DNA of 64,000 nucleotides from Candidatus Oxydemutatoraceae bacterium (GTDB taxonomy: Bacteria; Pseudomonadota; Gammaproteobacteria; Poriferisulfidales; Oxydemutatoraceae): assembly GCA_965220085.1 (NCBI GenBank), contig CBDCOZ010000003.1, forward strand, positions 1,888,001 to 1,952,000, read 5' to 3'. Shown here piece after piece: positions 19,097 through 30,212 of the stretch. The notes beneath the pieces were generated by a model, which was given only the letters and a program-made list of their open reading frames with translations, ran no database searches and had not been told where the DNA came from. How positions within the stretch are numbered: position 1 is the stretch's first letter; the number at the start of each line of letters is the position of its first letter. The position numbers and the translations under genes were made by a program.

Positions 19097-22000
19097 TTCT
19101 ACTAGAGTAGAAATTAATGAGTCATCTTAGACATGGACTGTATATTATCACAACGCGCAATCTACTAGAGTAGAAATTAATGAGTCATCTTAGACGCTTA
19201 CAGGCGACTGTATTGAAATTAAATCTACTAGAGTAGAAATTAATGAGTCATCTTAGACATGGACGCCGTAGAGGCGGCGGAGAAATCTACTAGAGTAGAA
19301 ATTAATGAGTCATCTTAGACATGGACGCCGTAGAGGCGGCGGAGAAATCTACTAGAGTAGAAATTAATGAGTCATCTTAGACCTATCGGCTCCGAGGTTG
19401 AGGACATCCATCTACTAGAGTAGAAATTAATGAGTCATCTTAGACGACATTTGTTGCGAGGTTAGTGTATGCATCTACTAGAGTAGAAATTAATGAGTCA
19501 TCTTAGACATCGACGGAGGCCAACTGATGTACCGATCTACTAGAGTAGAAATTAATGAGTCATCTTAGACCCAACAGCCAAGACATTCAAGGCGCTATCT
19601 ACTAGAGTAGAAATTAATGAGTCATCTTAGACCCTCGATGTAGACATATGATCCTTTGCGATCTACTAGAGTAGAAATTAATGAGTCATCTTAGACAATT
19701 GCGCGACCGATTTGATGATGCCGCATCTACTAGAGTAGAAATTAATGAGTCATCTTAGACACGTATGACCCTGCGCAAAGTGCCTCAATCTACTAGAGTA
19801 GAAATTAATGAGTCATCTTAGACGCCCGCCCGCAGGAGAAAAAACAATGAATATCTACTAGAGTAGAAATTAATGAGTCATCTTAGACCGATCGTTATTT
19901 GACGGCGCGGTGATATCTACTAGAGTAGAAATTAATGAGTCATCTTAGACATTTCGTTGCGCCGGCGCTTCATTTCAATCTACTAGAGTAGAAATTAATG
20001 AGTCATCTTAGACGCGCGATGTCGTCGTCAGATTCCACCCAATCTACTAGAGTAGAAATTAATGAGTCATCTTAGACGCAACAAACTGGACGGGCGGCGA
20101 TGGCAGATCTACTAGAGTAGAAATTAATGAGTCATCTTAGACCTGCGACGACGCCCGATCCCACCGCGCCCAATCTACTAGAGTAGAAATTAATGAGTCA
20201 TCTTAGACAATACAAAGCTTTCCGCCGAATCAAGATCTACTAGAGTAGAAATTAATGAGTCATCTTAGACTCCGATGCGCTGCTCATCGGCCTGCGATCT
20301 ACTAGAGTAGAAATTAATGAGTCATCTTAGACGAGGTGGTGCACGGCCTCGGCGCCGATATCTACTAGAGTAGAAATTAATGAGTCATCTTAGACCGGCG
20401 GGCGATTCGGCGGATCGGCCTATCTACTAGAGTAGAAATTAATGAGTCATCTTAGACTCACGCACGACAGCCTCCTCACCGCCCATCTACTAGAGTAGAA
20501 ATTAATGAGTCATCTTAGACATGTCGTCAGCGGCGGCCGTCATTTGATCTACTAGAGTAGAAATTAATGAGTCATCTTAGACATTCGCGCCGAGCGCAAG
20601 AGGCGCTGATCTACTAGAGTAGAAATTAATGAGTCATCTTAGACGTACCGCTGACTGGCGGCACATAAACATCTACTAGAGTAGAAATTAATGAGTCATC
20701 TTAGACACGTTGAACGAGGCTGAGATTGCGTTATCTACTAGAGTAGAAATTAATGAGTCATCTTAGACAGGCATCGGATGCGATGCTCGAAATCCATCTA
20801 CTAGAGTAGAAATTAATGAGTCATCTTAGACGTTCGGCGCATCCGCATCGACCTGCAATCTACTAGAGTAGAAATTAATGAGTCATCTTAGACAGGATAA
20901 TCCATCCCGATCAGCCCGCCATCTACTAGAGTAGAAATTAATGAGTCATCTTAGACCTTGCAGCCCCAAGCGCGAGAGTCGCATCTACTAGAGTAGAAAT
21001 TAATGAGTCATCTTAGACCCAAGGATTAATAGAATGGCAACACCATCTACTAGAGTAGAAATTAATGAGTCATCTTAGACGTCGCCGGCGCCAAGAGCGC
21101 CGAACGCATCTACTAGAGTAGAAATTAATGAGTCATCTTAGACAGTTTGGCGACATCGGCTAGTAAACAATCTACTAGAGTAGAAATTAATGAGTCATCT
21201 TAGACCCTTATTTCAATATGTGAATACTCGTATCTACTAGAGTAGAAATTAATGAGTCATCTTAGACATATCTGTGCCCCAGACCTATGCCCAATATCTA
21301 CTAGAGTAGAAATTAATGAGTCATCTTAGACAAAGAACGAATTCGAGAATTCTACTGACATCTACTAGAGTAGAAATTAATGAGTCATCTTAGACGAAGT
21401 TTTCAGAAACCCGCCCGCCTGATCTACTAGAGTAGAAATTAATGAGTCATCTTAGACCCGATACCATTGCGGAATCCATGAAACATCTACTAGAGTAGAA
21501 ATTAATGAGTCATCTTAGACATTCTGGTGATTACGCAGATGTCTTTCAATCTACTAGAGTAGAAATTAATGAGTCATCTTAGACGGTTTATGGTCTGCGC
21601 TGTAAGCTCCAATCTACTAGAGTAGAAATTAATGAGTCATCTTAGACTAAACAGGGGTTAATGATATAAAATCATCTACTAGAGTAGAAATTAATGAGTC
21701 ATCTTAGACAGCGTGTGCACAATCTCAACCGATTGATCTACTAGAGTAGAAATTAATGAGTCATCTTAGACAGCGTGTGCACAATCTCAACCGATTGATC
21801 TACTAGAGTAGAAATTAATGAGTCATCTTAGACCTTGGCGTCGCGAGCACGCGCTCAAAATCTACTAGAGTAGAAATTAATGAGTCATCTTAGACCCTAG
21901 CATGCCCCCACATTTTCTGCGATCTACTAGAGTAGAAATTAATGAGTCATCTTAGACCACGAAAATCCCGGGAGTGATCTAATATCTACTAGAGTAGAAA

Positions 22001-23083
22001 TTAATGAGTCATCTTAGACAAAACAATTTTTTCGAGATCTTCCCAAATCTACTAGAGTAGAAATTAATGAGTCATCTTAGACTGGGGCGATCGCGGCGTT
22101 CGCCGACAATCTACTAGAGTAGAAATTAATGAGTCATCTTAGACAGTCGAAGATTTGTGCATCAGCTGTTAATCTACTAGAGTAGAAATTAATGAGTCAT
22201 CTTAGACGTCATACCATCGCGTTGAGCTTCCGATCTACTAGAGTAGAAATTAATGAGTCATCTTAGACGGCGTGCTCATGCGAGCAGGCTCTGTAGATCT
22301 ACTAGAGTAGAAATTAATGAGTCATCTTAGACCTGCGAATCTTCGCACTCGCGCAGAGAATCTACTAGAGTAGAAATTAATGAGTCATCTTAGACTCAGC
22401 ACCCTCTCTAACGCCTTCTTATCTACTAGAGTAGAAATTAATGAGTCATCTTAGACCCGCAACCTGTTCTGTCTGCCGGCGAATCTACTAGAGTAGAAAT
22501 TAATGAGTCATCTTAGACCATCGGCGGCATGCGAGGTCCAATCATATCTACTAGAGTAGAAATTAATGAGTCATCTTAGACAAGTGATCAATCCGGACAA
22601 AATCGATCTATCTACTAGAGTAGAAATTAATGAGTCATCTTAGACAACATACAATAATAACAACTTACTGTAATCTACTAGAGTAGAAATTAATGAGTCA
22701 TCTTAGACAAACGGTGTCTGTTGCCGTCGAGGTAATCTACTAGAGTAGAAATTAATGAGTCATCTTAGACCGAGGTTGTTCAAGGAGTTGTAAAATATCT
22801 ACTAGAGTAGAAATTAATGAGTCATCTTAGACTTTTAGAGGCAAAAAACATGAGCAAAATCTACTAGAGTAGAAATTAATGAGTCATCTTAGACACAACA
22901 CAGGAGATAAACATGAAAAAAATCTACTAGAGTAGAAATTAATGAGTCATCTTAGACTTTGCCGACACCGCCGGCACGGAGAGATCTACTAGAGTAGAAA
23001 TTAATGAGTCATCTTAGACCCCTGAGCCGCTAACGCTCATCTCAACTATCTACTAGAGTAGAAATTAATGAGTCATCTTAGAC
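19097..23083 (-). CRISPR. type V-A CRISPR array, 64 repeats / 63 spacers (25-30 nt)
   Basis: 36-bp repeat GTCTAAGATGACTCATTAATTTCTACTCTAGTAGAT with the Cas12a AATTTCTACT...GTAGAT handle; manual count; two adjacent duplicate spacer pairs. Confidence 0.98.
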
Positions 23084-23243
23084 AGATAAATTGACCAAAT
23101 GGCATAAAAAATATCTTCCTGCCTGCATAAAGCAACAAAACTATTTTGACTAAGCAGACTCATTTTATCTAAATATCCTCTTTTGAGGCCATTAAGACCA
23201 AGGTTTGCAATTTGGGACTCACACTATACAAGGACTATAGCAT
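23084..23243 (-). promoter_or_regulatory. CRISPR leader
   Basis: AT-rich non-coding gap between cas2 and the first repeat. Confidence 0.75.
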
Positions 23244-23519
23244 TTAATCAACAAAAATTAAGCTCTCGTCGTCATTTTTTGCATATCCGAACCTCCATTG
23301 CTTGCAAGTTTTGCTAAGAGCAAAAATTATGACACTATCGTTCTGAGAAAAATGATGGGAAAAACGACCCTCTATCTCAGAAATAATGTTGTTTAATACT
23401 CTATCACTATTTCGAATCTGGAACATAGAGTACTGTAAACGATAGCCAAATTTCCCTAAAAATTTAGACAGCTTTCCTCTAACCTTATCGTCACTTATGT
23501 CGTATGAAACAATGAGCAC
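23244..23519 (-). CDS. cas2: CRISPR-associated Cas2
   Basis: LIVSYDISDDK...GYRLQYSMF; probable GTG start. Confidence 0.93.
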   Translation of the reverse strand: MLIVSYDISDDKVRGKLSKFLGKFGYRLQYSMFQIRNSDRVLNNIISEIEGRFSHHFSQNDSVIIFALSKTCKQWRFGYAKNDDESLIFVD

Positions 23520-23529
23520 CTTGTTTATC

Positions 23530-24492
23530 TCAAAGAGCAAAGACTGGATATTCCCGCACCGCCTTTTGTCGAATAAAACACCGATAATATTGTTGTACAA
23601 AAATAAACATAGCTTTTCTATAGTTCAGTATCTCCTTTGATAGCCACTCTATATAGGGTTTCCCAGTCTTGCCCAAAATACGATACTGCTTATTTACAAT
23701 GGTAAAGTCTTCGCTTTTTATCTGATTAAGAGTGTGGGCTTTTTTAATGCGGGCATCAATAATTGGCCGAAATGGTTCAACTAAATCGCACACTAAGGAT
23801 TTCCTTTGATAAAAACACTGATGATAGACGCCTTTATAAATATCAAAACCATAGAGGCCCAACAAACCCTCAATGAAATTAAATAATATCGTATAACCAG
23901 TATCTTGCAACGAGTTTGTGGGATCATGCTTGACTCTTGGCCTGCGTGCTGTCCAGTTACATCCCCCAAACAACATTTTGAAATACTCTCTGGAAGCAAT
24001 TCCCTCAAGCCCTAATATTCCCTGCAAATCCGGCTTATCTCTGGTAAGACGCACACTATACTCTCCCAACCTTTCAATAGTCTTTTTCATCTCACCATCT
24101 TTATTGCGAATCTTTTTGAGCACACTTTTTTGATTGTCTATTTTATTCCTTATTAAATGTGTAGCGATTGCAAGCGATGAATAGCTGTATTGTTTCTCCC
24201 TTAACAGAAAATTCCCTTCTGTTTTTGCTCCCCATATCCCGTATGGTCGCAACCAACTTGTCATAAAGATTAGTGTGAAACCAAACTTGTCAGACCGTTG
24301 AAGTAACCCTGATGTGATTGTCAGGTTCCCAACGATATAAACTGCAAATAACCTATAGCATGTTGACTGATGGATAGTTTCACCCTCCTTGTCTTTTACA
24401 ATGATGTTGTCGTTCTTGAAAGTTAGCTTCTCTCCATTATTAGCAAATACGAACACGAGTTGCTTTTCCATAAAGTCAGGCAGACTCATCAT
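23530..24492 (-). CDS. cas1: type V CRISPR-associated Cas1
   Basis: GLEGIASREYF, SLVCDLVEPFRP motifs; operon position. Confidence 0.95.
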   Translation of the reverse strand: MMSLPDFMEKQLVFVFANNGEKLTFKNDNIIVKDKEGETIHQSTCYRLFAVYIVGNLTITSGLLQRSDKFGFTLIFMTSWLRPYGIWGAKTEGNFLLREKQYSYSSLAIATHLIRNKIDNQKSVLKKIRNKDGEMKKTIERLGEYSVRLTRDKPDLQGILGLEGIASREYFKMLFGGCNWTARRPRVKHDPTNSLQDTGYTILFNFIEGLLGLYGFDIYKGVYHQCFYQRKSLVCDLVEPFRPIIDARIKKAHTLNQIKSEDFTIVNKQYRILGKTGKPYIEWLSKEILNYRKAMFIFVQQYYRCFIRQKAVREYPVFAL

Positions 24493-25049
24493 ATCTCAGC
24501 TTTCTCATCGCAAAGGTTTGAATATATGCATCTGGCACATTTGTGAGGATTTGCATGAAATGAACTTGTCAAGTCATAGCAGTTAATATCTTGAATCAAC
24601 CTTTCAAATCTCTGTTGCATAAGTCTGTCATCCTTTGGCAATTTGATTGGATAAACTTTGTTGGTGTCCAGACTATATAAGCGTAACTTTCTAACGTTAT
24701 AGCCCATCTCTGTTAGGCAATGAAATTGACCATACAGTTGAAACACATATCCATCATATACCTGTTTTATAAGCTTCTTTCTCTCTGTAAGTAGCCCTTT
24801 CGCTTCATCAAAAATATCAATCTTTCCATGCAGCCTATAGCGTTCTGAGTAAACAGGAATCCCCTGCAAAACTGACTTTCTTGTGCTGTATGCACGGGAA
24901 TCAATAGCCTGATGGGCCTGTCGGCCTTCAATTTGGGGCTTTTCCTGATAACCCAGTTGCTCGCGCTTTGAATAAAGCTGGTGGAAGTAAATGGAGCGAG
25001 GACAGAAAATAAAATCATTCAGGAATGATATTGGGATATAGTTTTCCAA
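24489..25049 (-). CDS. cas4: type V CRISPR-associated Cas4
   Basis: LNDFIFCPRSIYFH, GKID, ERKK, C-terminal CxxCxxxxxC. Confidence 0.95.
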   Translation of the reverse strand: MENYIPISFLNDFIFCPRSIYFHQLYSKREQLGYQEKPQIEGRQAHQAIDSRAYSTRKSVLQGIPVYSERYRLHGKIDIFDEAKGLLTERKKLIKQVYDGYVFQLYGQFHCLTEMGYNVRKLRLYSLDTNKVYPIKLPKDDRLMQQRFERLIQDINCYDLTSSFHANPHKCARCIYSNLCDEKAEI

Positions 25050-25061
25050 TGGTATTTTGCT

Positions 25062-28000
25062 TCAGCTATTTTTATCTCTGCTCTGAACAAACTCATACCA
25101 AGCCCTATTGCTTAAATCAGGTTTGAACTTTTTAATTTCTTCTTCGTGCTTATTGAGTTGTCGAAGCATCATCAAAGATTTCAATGCTATATGGTATGCG
25201 CCATTCGCATCCGCATTCTGCGGCATAGAGCCATCTGCTACACGGGAATCAAAAAACTTTCCGCTTTTATCTCTCACCGGTGAAATTAGCCAATCCTCAT
25301 CTGTTCCTATCTTACTATTGCGCATCTGCAAAATTAATTTGAGTAAGCGGATAATAGACTTAAAGAATTGGCTATCGCTCTGCTCAATTATTAGATCTTT
25401 TATACACTGCTCATTAGAATAATCGATAGAAGAGTTGTGAAATAATTGTTTCAATTCCTTCGTTAAATTAACTTCTCGGGATGTCCACTGATTATTGTTG
25501 TCCGTGTCTTTAAAGTTTTCCAATCTTTCGCCATGGCTACATACAGTCCAATCTAATTTGCTTCCTTCTGCCTTATTCGTAAATTCATTGTAATTAAATT
25601 GAAACTCAAAGTAGTCGCCACTTTCATTGAAAGATATTTTCTCAAACTTCCCGAAGTAATCTTTTGTTTTTTCTATCGTCTCGTACTTTGGGCAAAGCAA
25701 ATTGACAAATCCAGTCGTTGGGCAAACTTTAGAAGTATGATACGCAGGAACATAGAAGATGAACCCAGTCTGTTTGCCCAATTTCTGAAAGCTTTCGAAA
25801 GGAGCGGCTAACTGCAAAGCGCTATATAGCCCTCCCGCTTCATCTTTTTCCTTATCCTTAAATACCAGATAATTCAACTTATCTATGAGCGTCTTCTCCA
25901 ACTTTTGATAGACCTGCTTTTCTATTTTGAATCGCCCTCTCTTAAAGCCAAAGTTTAAGTCTTCAAATACAACGATAGCATTGTATTCAACCATGAGTTG
26001 AGAAATTTTGTGCACGACTTGAGAAAGATAACCCTCTTTCAAGTCTTTAATTCTTTCAATGGTTCCCCACGACTTTCTGGCCTCGTCTCTTTCTCCTTCC
26101 CGCTGATCTAAAAGTTTTTGATAATCTTTTTCTCCAAACGGATTATTTAGACTGTCCTGCAGATAATCGCCGTTTTTATCTTTCAGTATTTCTCCGTTCT
26201 GATTAATAACCGTGTAATACGCCAAATGCCTTTCACCCCTGTCAATACCAATGATGTTAATGTCAGAATTGTTTTTCAAAAATTGGTTAACTTCATCTTT
26301 GATGTTGCTAAGTCCATCTGCTTTGAAATTACACGTAATCGGCACATGAAATAAGTATGTGTCCTGCGCATAGCGTCGATCTTTAATGATGGGATATTTT
26401 TGCTTCTTTTTTGGGTCGTTCGCATGGTGACCCTTTTTGCGAATTGCATCGGAGTATTCTATTGATGCTTTGCGATGAAATAGTTCGGACTCTCCGTCAA
26501 GTTTATAAATGACATGTTTTCGGTTCTGTCCTTCAAATAGAGCTCTCCAGTAAAGGGTTTGCAAGTTCGGCTTCCCCTTTGACTGCGGAGAAAAATCTTT
26601 GGAATAAATTTGGAATAGGTATAACTTACCCTCGCTTACGCATTTATCAATATAGTTTTCCGAAATATCTACAAAAGTGATTTTATAACCCTGTTTATCT
26701 ACATCGTCGGTAAAGTCTTTGAACTTATCATAATTGCCACTTGAGCGAAAATTAAAATTAGCCCACGGCCAGTAACTTTCTGCTGCCTCCTTATAGTAAT
26801 CAATGAATATTGATAAATCGCTCTTACTAAAATGTTTGCCTGGTTTATAAGATTCTTCTTGCTTTATTCTTGCTATACCAGGGATGTGCTGCTCTTTCAA
26901 TTCCTCTAAATGTTTTGTGTATTTTATAAACTGTCCTTCCACCTTGACTAAATTTTGAATATTTATAGCAGCTCTCGTCTGTTTATAAACCATTTTTTGA
27001 TAACATTTTCCATCGCTAGGCAACTTATCTTTATTTGCAAATAACTTTTTGTGACCCTTGTCCATAACCCCAAGAAAATATTGCCCGTCTTTCATTAAAA
27101 GTACACAAGTGGTAGCTGTTTCCCTATTCTTGTCCCACCCACCTGCAAGTTCTTGGTTTTCAAAATTTAATTTATATTTCTCAATGCTATAAGGCCTTTT
27201 AGTAAGGTAATTACGCACCTTATCGTAGAGTGGGATAATCTGGCTAAGCTCTCGGTATAGTTCATCAAATGTGCTATAGAAACCACCGTCTTTTTCATAT
27301 GCCTCAATCTTTTTTTGATCTTTCTTTCTAAGTTGTATATATAGCGGTCGCAGGAAAAGCTGTAAGTCTTTAAGTGCGTCAAGGTAAGCCTTAATTTTGC
27401 TCACTTCTTCTTTCTTAGCCTTGAGTCTCTTTTCTTCAATACACTTATACTTTTCCATTATGGGCAAAGCGGCCTTATACGCTATTTCTATTTCTTCAAG
27501 TAGTTCTTTGGGTTCAAATAAATTCTTCTTTTCGTTCTTTTTGCGAATGGAGAGTTCTGCAAAATAATTAAATAGGGGCTCGCTTGTGGCGATCTCTTTT
27601 TGTTGTTTCATGTCTTTTTCTCCGGCTATCTTCTCTTGTTTGTCACCCTTTTCCTCCTTTAGCTCATCGTCCGTATATCGGTCAAAGTATATTGCTAATG
27701 CTTCATGAATTTCATGAAAGGAAAAATAGGACTGCTTACACCACGTTTCTCTAGCCTTTTGAAGCTTCTTTGTTTCTTTTTTATTAGCAGGTTTAGGAAA
27801 CTTTACTACTTCGGCATAGTATTCCAGACAATCATTTATCGTATTCCAATTGCCAAACAAGTGTTGTGAAATACTCTCTATAGCACGATCATTTCTAATA
27901 TAGATTTTCTTAGGATCCGCTTTCTCAAGGGATTGCAGATAGGCCTCCTCTACTTGCTCTTGAACCTCCCTTGTAATTTCTCTGACATGCTCCAGTTTTT

Positions 28001-28955
28001 TACATAGATCAGCATCACTCTCAATATTTTCAATGCGGAAAGAAAGCGTATTGCGATCACTAAGAATCTGTTTGTATAAGGCCTCCAGCTTACACGACCT
28101 GATTTTCTTGGCTTTTACGCCGTCTTTTTGTTTTTGTGCATAGAGGTTTATCTTTTCATTGAGTCCTTTTTGTTTAACACTGCCTTCCAAGCTAATTCCA
28201 CCCACAATTGAGTTGTACTTATCAATGCCCTCCTGAGTTAAACAGTGGTTAAAACCTGCAATAGTAAGAAGGTCATCTAACTTCATATTAGAATGCTTTT
28301 CTAAATGTTTTTCCACTTCAGAAAAATCAACACCAAAGCTTTTAGCTTCCTGATAGCGTTCTATGTTATCCAGAAACTTCGGTAGATTGTCATGTATTAG
28401 GCGGTAGCCAATAGATGTACTGTGATCTTTACTTGTATAAATATTCTCCCTGTTTTCATTGAAGCCACCAAAATAACTCGTCCAGTTCTTAAAGCTATCA
28501 ATAATCTCTTCCGGGTTGTCAACACCCTCAATGGAAACAGAGTTCTTTTTTAGCCAATTTGGAAGTGTATCCTTGATAAATCTCGCTTTAAATATATCTT
28601 CACCTTTGAATATATTTGCTACTTCTCTGCGAAGCTTGTTTTGTTGATTGCTAAAACTATGCCGCTTTTTTGTATCCAACTTATCTTGTTTGAGATCTCT
28701 GTACGCTTTTTGGAATACGCACAGATCTTCTTCCTTGAATCTAAAGCCAGATAACTTGCGATTGATATAATCTTTGTGATATTCATCAATAATCTTTTTT
28801 GCTTGTTTATATTTATCGGCAAGATCTTCATCTTGCTTAAGCAGACCTTTACTATCTATATGCTTTTGCGTCTCGCCAATCGGCTTAAGTGCAAACCGCA
28901 GTGTCTTGTTCACCTTAAACTTGTTAGTGAATTCCATTAATGTTCTATTCATCAT
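25062..28955 (-). CDS. cas12a: Cas12a (Cpf1) effector, 1297 aa
   Basis: KTLRFALKPIG N-terminus; intact RuvC motifs IIGIDRGERHL, VFEDLN, NADANGAY. Confidence 0.98.
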   Translation of the reverse strand: MMNRTLMEFTNKFKVNKTLRFALKPIGETQKHIDSKGLLKQDEDLADKYKQAKKIIDEYHKDYINRKLSGFRFKEEDLCVFQKAYRDLKQDKLDTKKRHSFSNQQNKLRREVANIFKGEDIFKARFIKDTLPNWLKKNSVSIEGVDNPEEIIDSFKNWTSYFGGFNENRENIYTSKDHSTSIGYRLIHDNLPKFLDNIERYQEAKSFGVDFSEVEKHLEKHSNMKLDDLLTIAGFNHCLTQEGIDKYNSIVGGISLEGSVKQKGLNEKINLYAQKQKDGVKAKKIRSCKLEALYKQILSDRNTLSFRIENIESDADLCKKLEHVREITREVQEQVEEAYLQSLEKADPKKIYIRNDRAIESISQHLFGNWNTINDCLEYYAEVVKFPKPANKKETKKLQKARETWCKQSYFSFHEIHEALAIYFDRYTDDELKEEKGDKQEKIAGEKDMKQQKEIATSEPLFNYFAELSIRKKNEKKNLFEPKELLEEIEIAYKAALPIMEKYKCIEEKRLKAKKEEVSKIKAYLDALKDLQLFLRPLYIQLRKKDQKKIEAYEKDGGFYSTFDELYRELSQIIPLYDKVRNYLTKRPYSIEKYKLNFENQELAGGWDKNRETATTCVLLMKDGQYFLGVMDKGHKKLFANKDKLPSDGKCYQKMVYKQTRAAINIQNLVKVEGQFIKYTKHLEELKEQHIPGIARIKQEESYKPGKHFSKSDLSIFIDYYKEAAESYWPWANFNFRSSGNYDKFKDFTDDVDKQGYKITFVDISENYIDKCVSEGKLYLFQIYSKDFSPQSKGKPNLQTLYWRALFEGQNRKHVIYKLDGESELFHRKASIEYSDAIRKKGHHANDPKKKQKYPIIKDRRYAQDTYLFHVPITCNFKADGLSNIKDEVNQFLKNNSDINIIGIDRGERHLAYYTVINQNGEILKDKNGDYLQDSLNNPFGEKDYQKLLDQREGERDEARKSWGTIERIKDLKEGYLSQVVHKISQLMVEYNAIVVFEDLNFGFKRGRFKIEKQVYQKLEKTLIDKLNYLVFKDKEKDEAGGLYSALQLAAPFESFQKLGKQTGFIFYVPAYHTSKVCPTTGFVNLLCPKYETIEKTKDYFGKFEKISFNESGDYFEFQFNYNEFTNKAEGSKLDWTVCSHGERLENFKDTDNNNQWTSREVNLTKELKQLFHNSSIDYSNEQCIKDLIIEQSDSQFFKSIIRLLKLILQMRNSKIGTDEDWLISPVRDKSGKFFDSRVADGSMPQNADANGAYHIALKSLMMLRQLNKHEEEIKKFKPDLSNRAWYEFVQSRDKNS

Positions 28956-29072
28956 CTTAAACTTTCAAATTTTTGTTAATCAATAATAATGTGGGAGAGC
29001 ATTGCTACAAACTAAAATACCTTTTTAATAAAGTATATGAAATCTACGGAGAGACAAAACCTTTGCAAAGGC

Positions 29073-29102
29073 TTACTTCTCAGTCGCCTTTATCTCTATT
29101 GA
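29073..29102 (-). pseudogene. 3' end of the small antitoxin-like gene (SIEIKATEK*), cut by IS481
   Basis: 29032-29102 nearly identical to 16402-16472. Confidence 0.8.
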
Positions 29103-30155
29103 TGTATGATGCCAGTACATATTGGAAACTCTGGGCAAATATTGTGTAATTTGTGCCATAGGTGTTTGGAGCCTCAATCCATAATGTGGTCGTTGGGTAT
29201 TAAACCATAGCAGGTAGTCTATCATACGCTCATTGAATTCCCGAATATCGGTCAGCAACAAGCCCTCTTCAAACTCCACAAATTCTTCCTGGAGCGTGCG
29301 GTTAAAGCGTTCATTGAATGCGTTCATCTTCGGACATTTGGGATACGTGTAGCAGTGCCGGATACCTTGCTCTTGCAGGCAGCGATCAAACGCGCCGCAG
29401 AACTCGGAGCCGTTGTCGGTGAGCACTTGCTCTATCTTGGCGGGGAACACTTCCATCATCAGCTTCATAAAGAACTCGGCAGCGATGCTGTTGCCACGAG
29501 GGACGCCGATAGCAAAGCCAAACCGGCTATACAAATCTACGGCCGTGAACAGATAGCGACGCTGACCTTGAATAAACCGTTGCACGGTATCCATAGCGAT
29601 GCAATGCCCGATACGCTTTGCATTGAAACCCTTTTCAAGACGCTCCTTGCTCTTGCTTTGCGTTGTGCGTTGCCGACGCGGTTTTGCGGGCACCCAGCGC
29701 ATCTTATCGGCTTCGCCGGCAATCAGTCGCGCGATGGTGCGCGGCTTGGGACAACGCAAGCCGCGCTCGTCACACCACGGTTGAATCAGCAGGTATATCT
29801 TGGGTGCGCCGTAGGGATAGTTTTCGCGGTGTCGCCGAATCTCGTCGATAATCTCCTCAGGCCAGTCGCGCCGGCGTGGCTGGCGCGGGCAAGTGCTCTG
29901 ATTGATTAAGCCGTTAATGCCATAAAGCCGATATTGTCTCCGCCACTCATAGAGTGATGATTTGCTGATGTGGTAAGCGTCCATGCTGGCTTTTATGTTG
30001 TGGTTCTCCCATAATATAAGGGCTTCAAGTTTCTGTTTTGCTTTATAGCTCATAGTTGCCTCGTCTATTGAAAAAGCAGCTATTTTATAGAAACCTTTGA
30101 CGCCGTAGCCGATGTGTTGATATTGCATGTCGGCTACGTTTGTTGTTGAAGCCAA
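29073..30155 (-). CDS. IS481-family DDE transposase (stop codon lies outside the IS)
   Basis: HTH plus rve core: AMDT, LTDNGSEF, NERFNRTLQEEF, NTQRPH. Confidence 0.93.
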   Translation of the reverse strand: MASTTNVADMQYQHIGYGVKGFYKIAAFSIDEATMSYKAKQKLEALILWENHNIKASMDAYHISKSSLYEWRRQYRLYGINGLINQSTCPRQPRRRDWPEEIIDEIRRHRENYPYGAPKIYLLIQPWCDERGLRCPKPRTIARLIAGEADKMRWVPAKPRRQRTTQSKSKERLEKGFNAKRIGHCIAMDTVQRFIQGQRRYLFTAVDLYSRFGFAIGVPRGNSIAAEFFMKLMMEVFPAKIEQVLTDNGSEFCGAFDRCLQEQGIRHCYTYPKCPKMNAFNERFNRTLQEEFVEFEEGLLLTDIREFNERMIDYLLWFNTQRPHYGLRLQTPMAQITQYLPRVSNMYWHHTSIEIKATEK

Positions 30156-30183
30156 GAATCCAGAATGTTTCTGGCATTATGCA
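29103..30183 (-). mobile_element. IS481-family element, copy 1 (1081 bp)
   Basis: Ends TGTATGATGCCAG / TGCATAATGCCAG; no matching flanking duplication. Confidence 0.9.
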
Positions 30184-30212
30184 AACACTCATGCGGCCAA
30201 CGGCTTAAAACA

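Noticed and set aside
21081-21107. Spacer shares 16 nt (CGCCGGCGCCAAGAGC) with the PPC gene at 2898-2913, suggesting self-targeting
   Set aside because: The match is PAM-distal, the seed end mismatches, and a GC-rich chance match is plausible
21585-21611. Spacer resembles 17234-17248 upstream of the Fic gene (14/15)
   Set aside because: Short and PAM-distal only; compatible with chance
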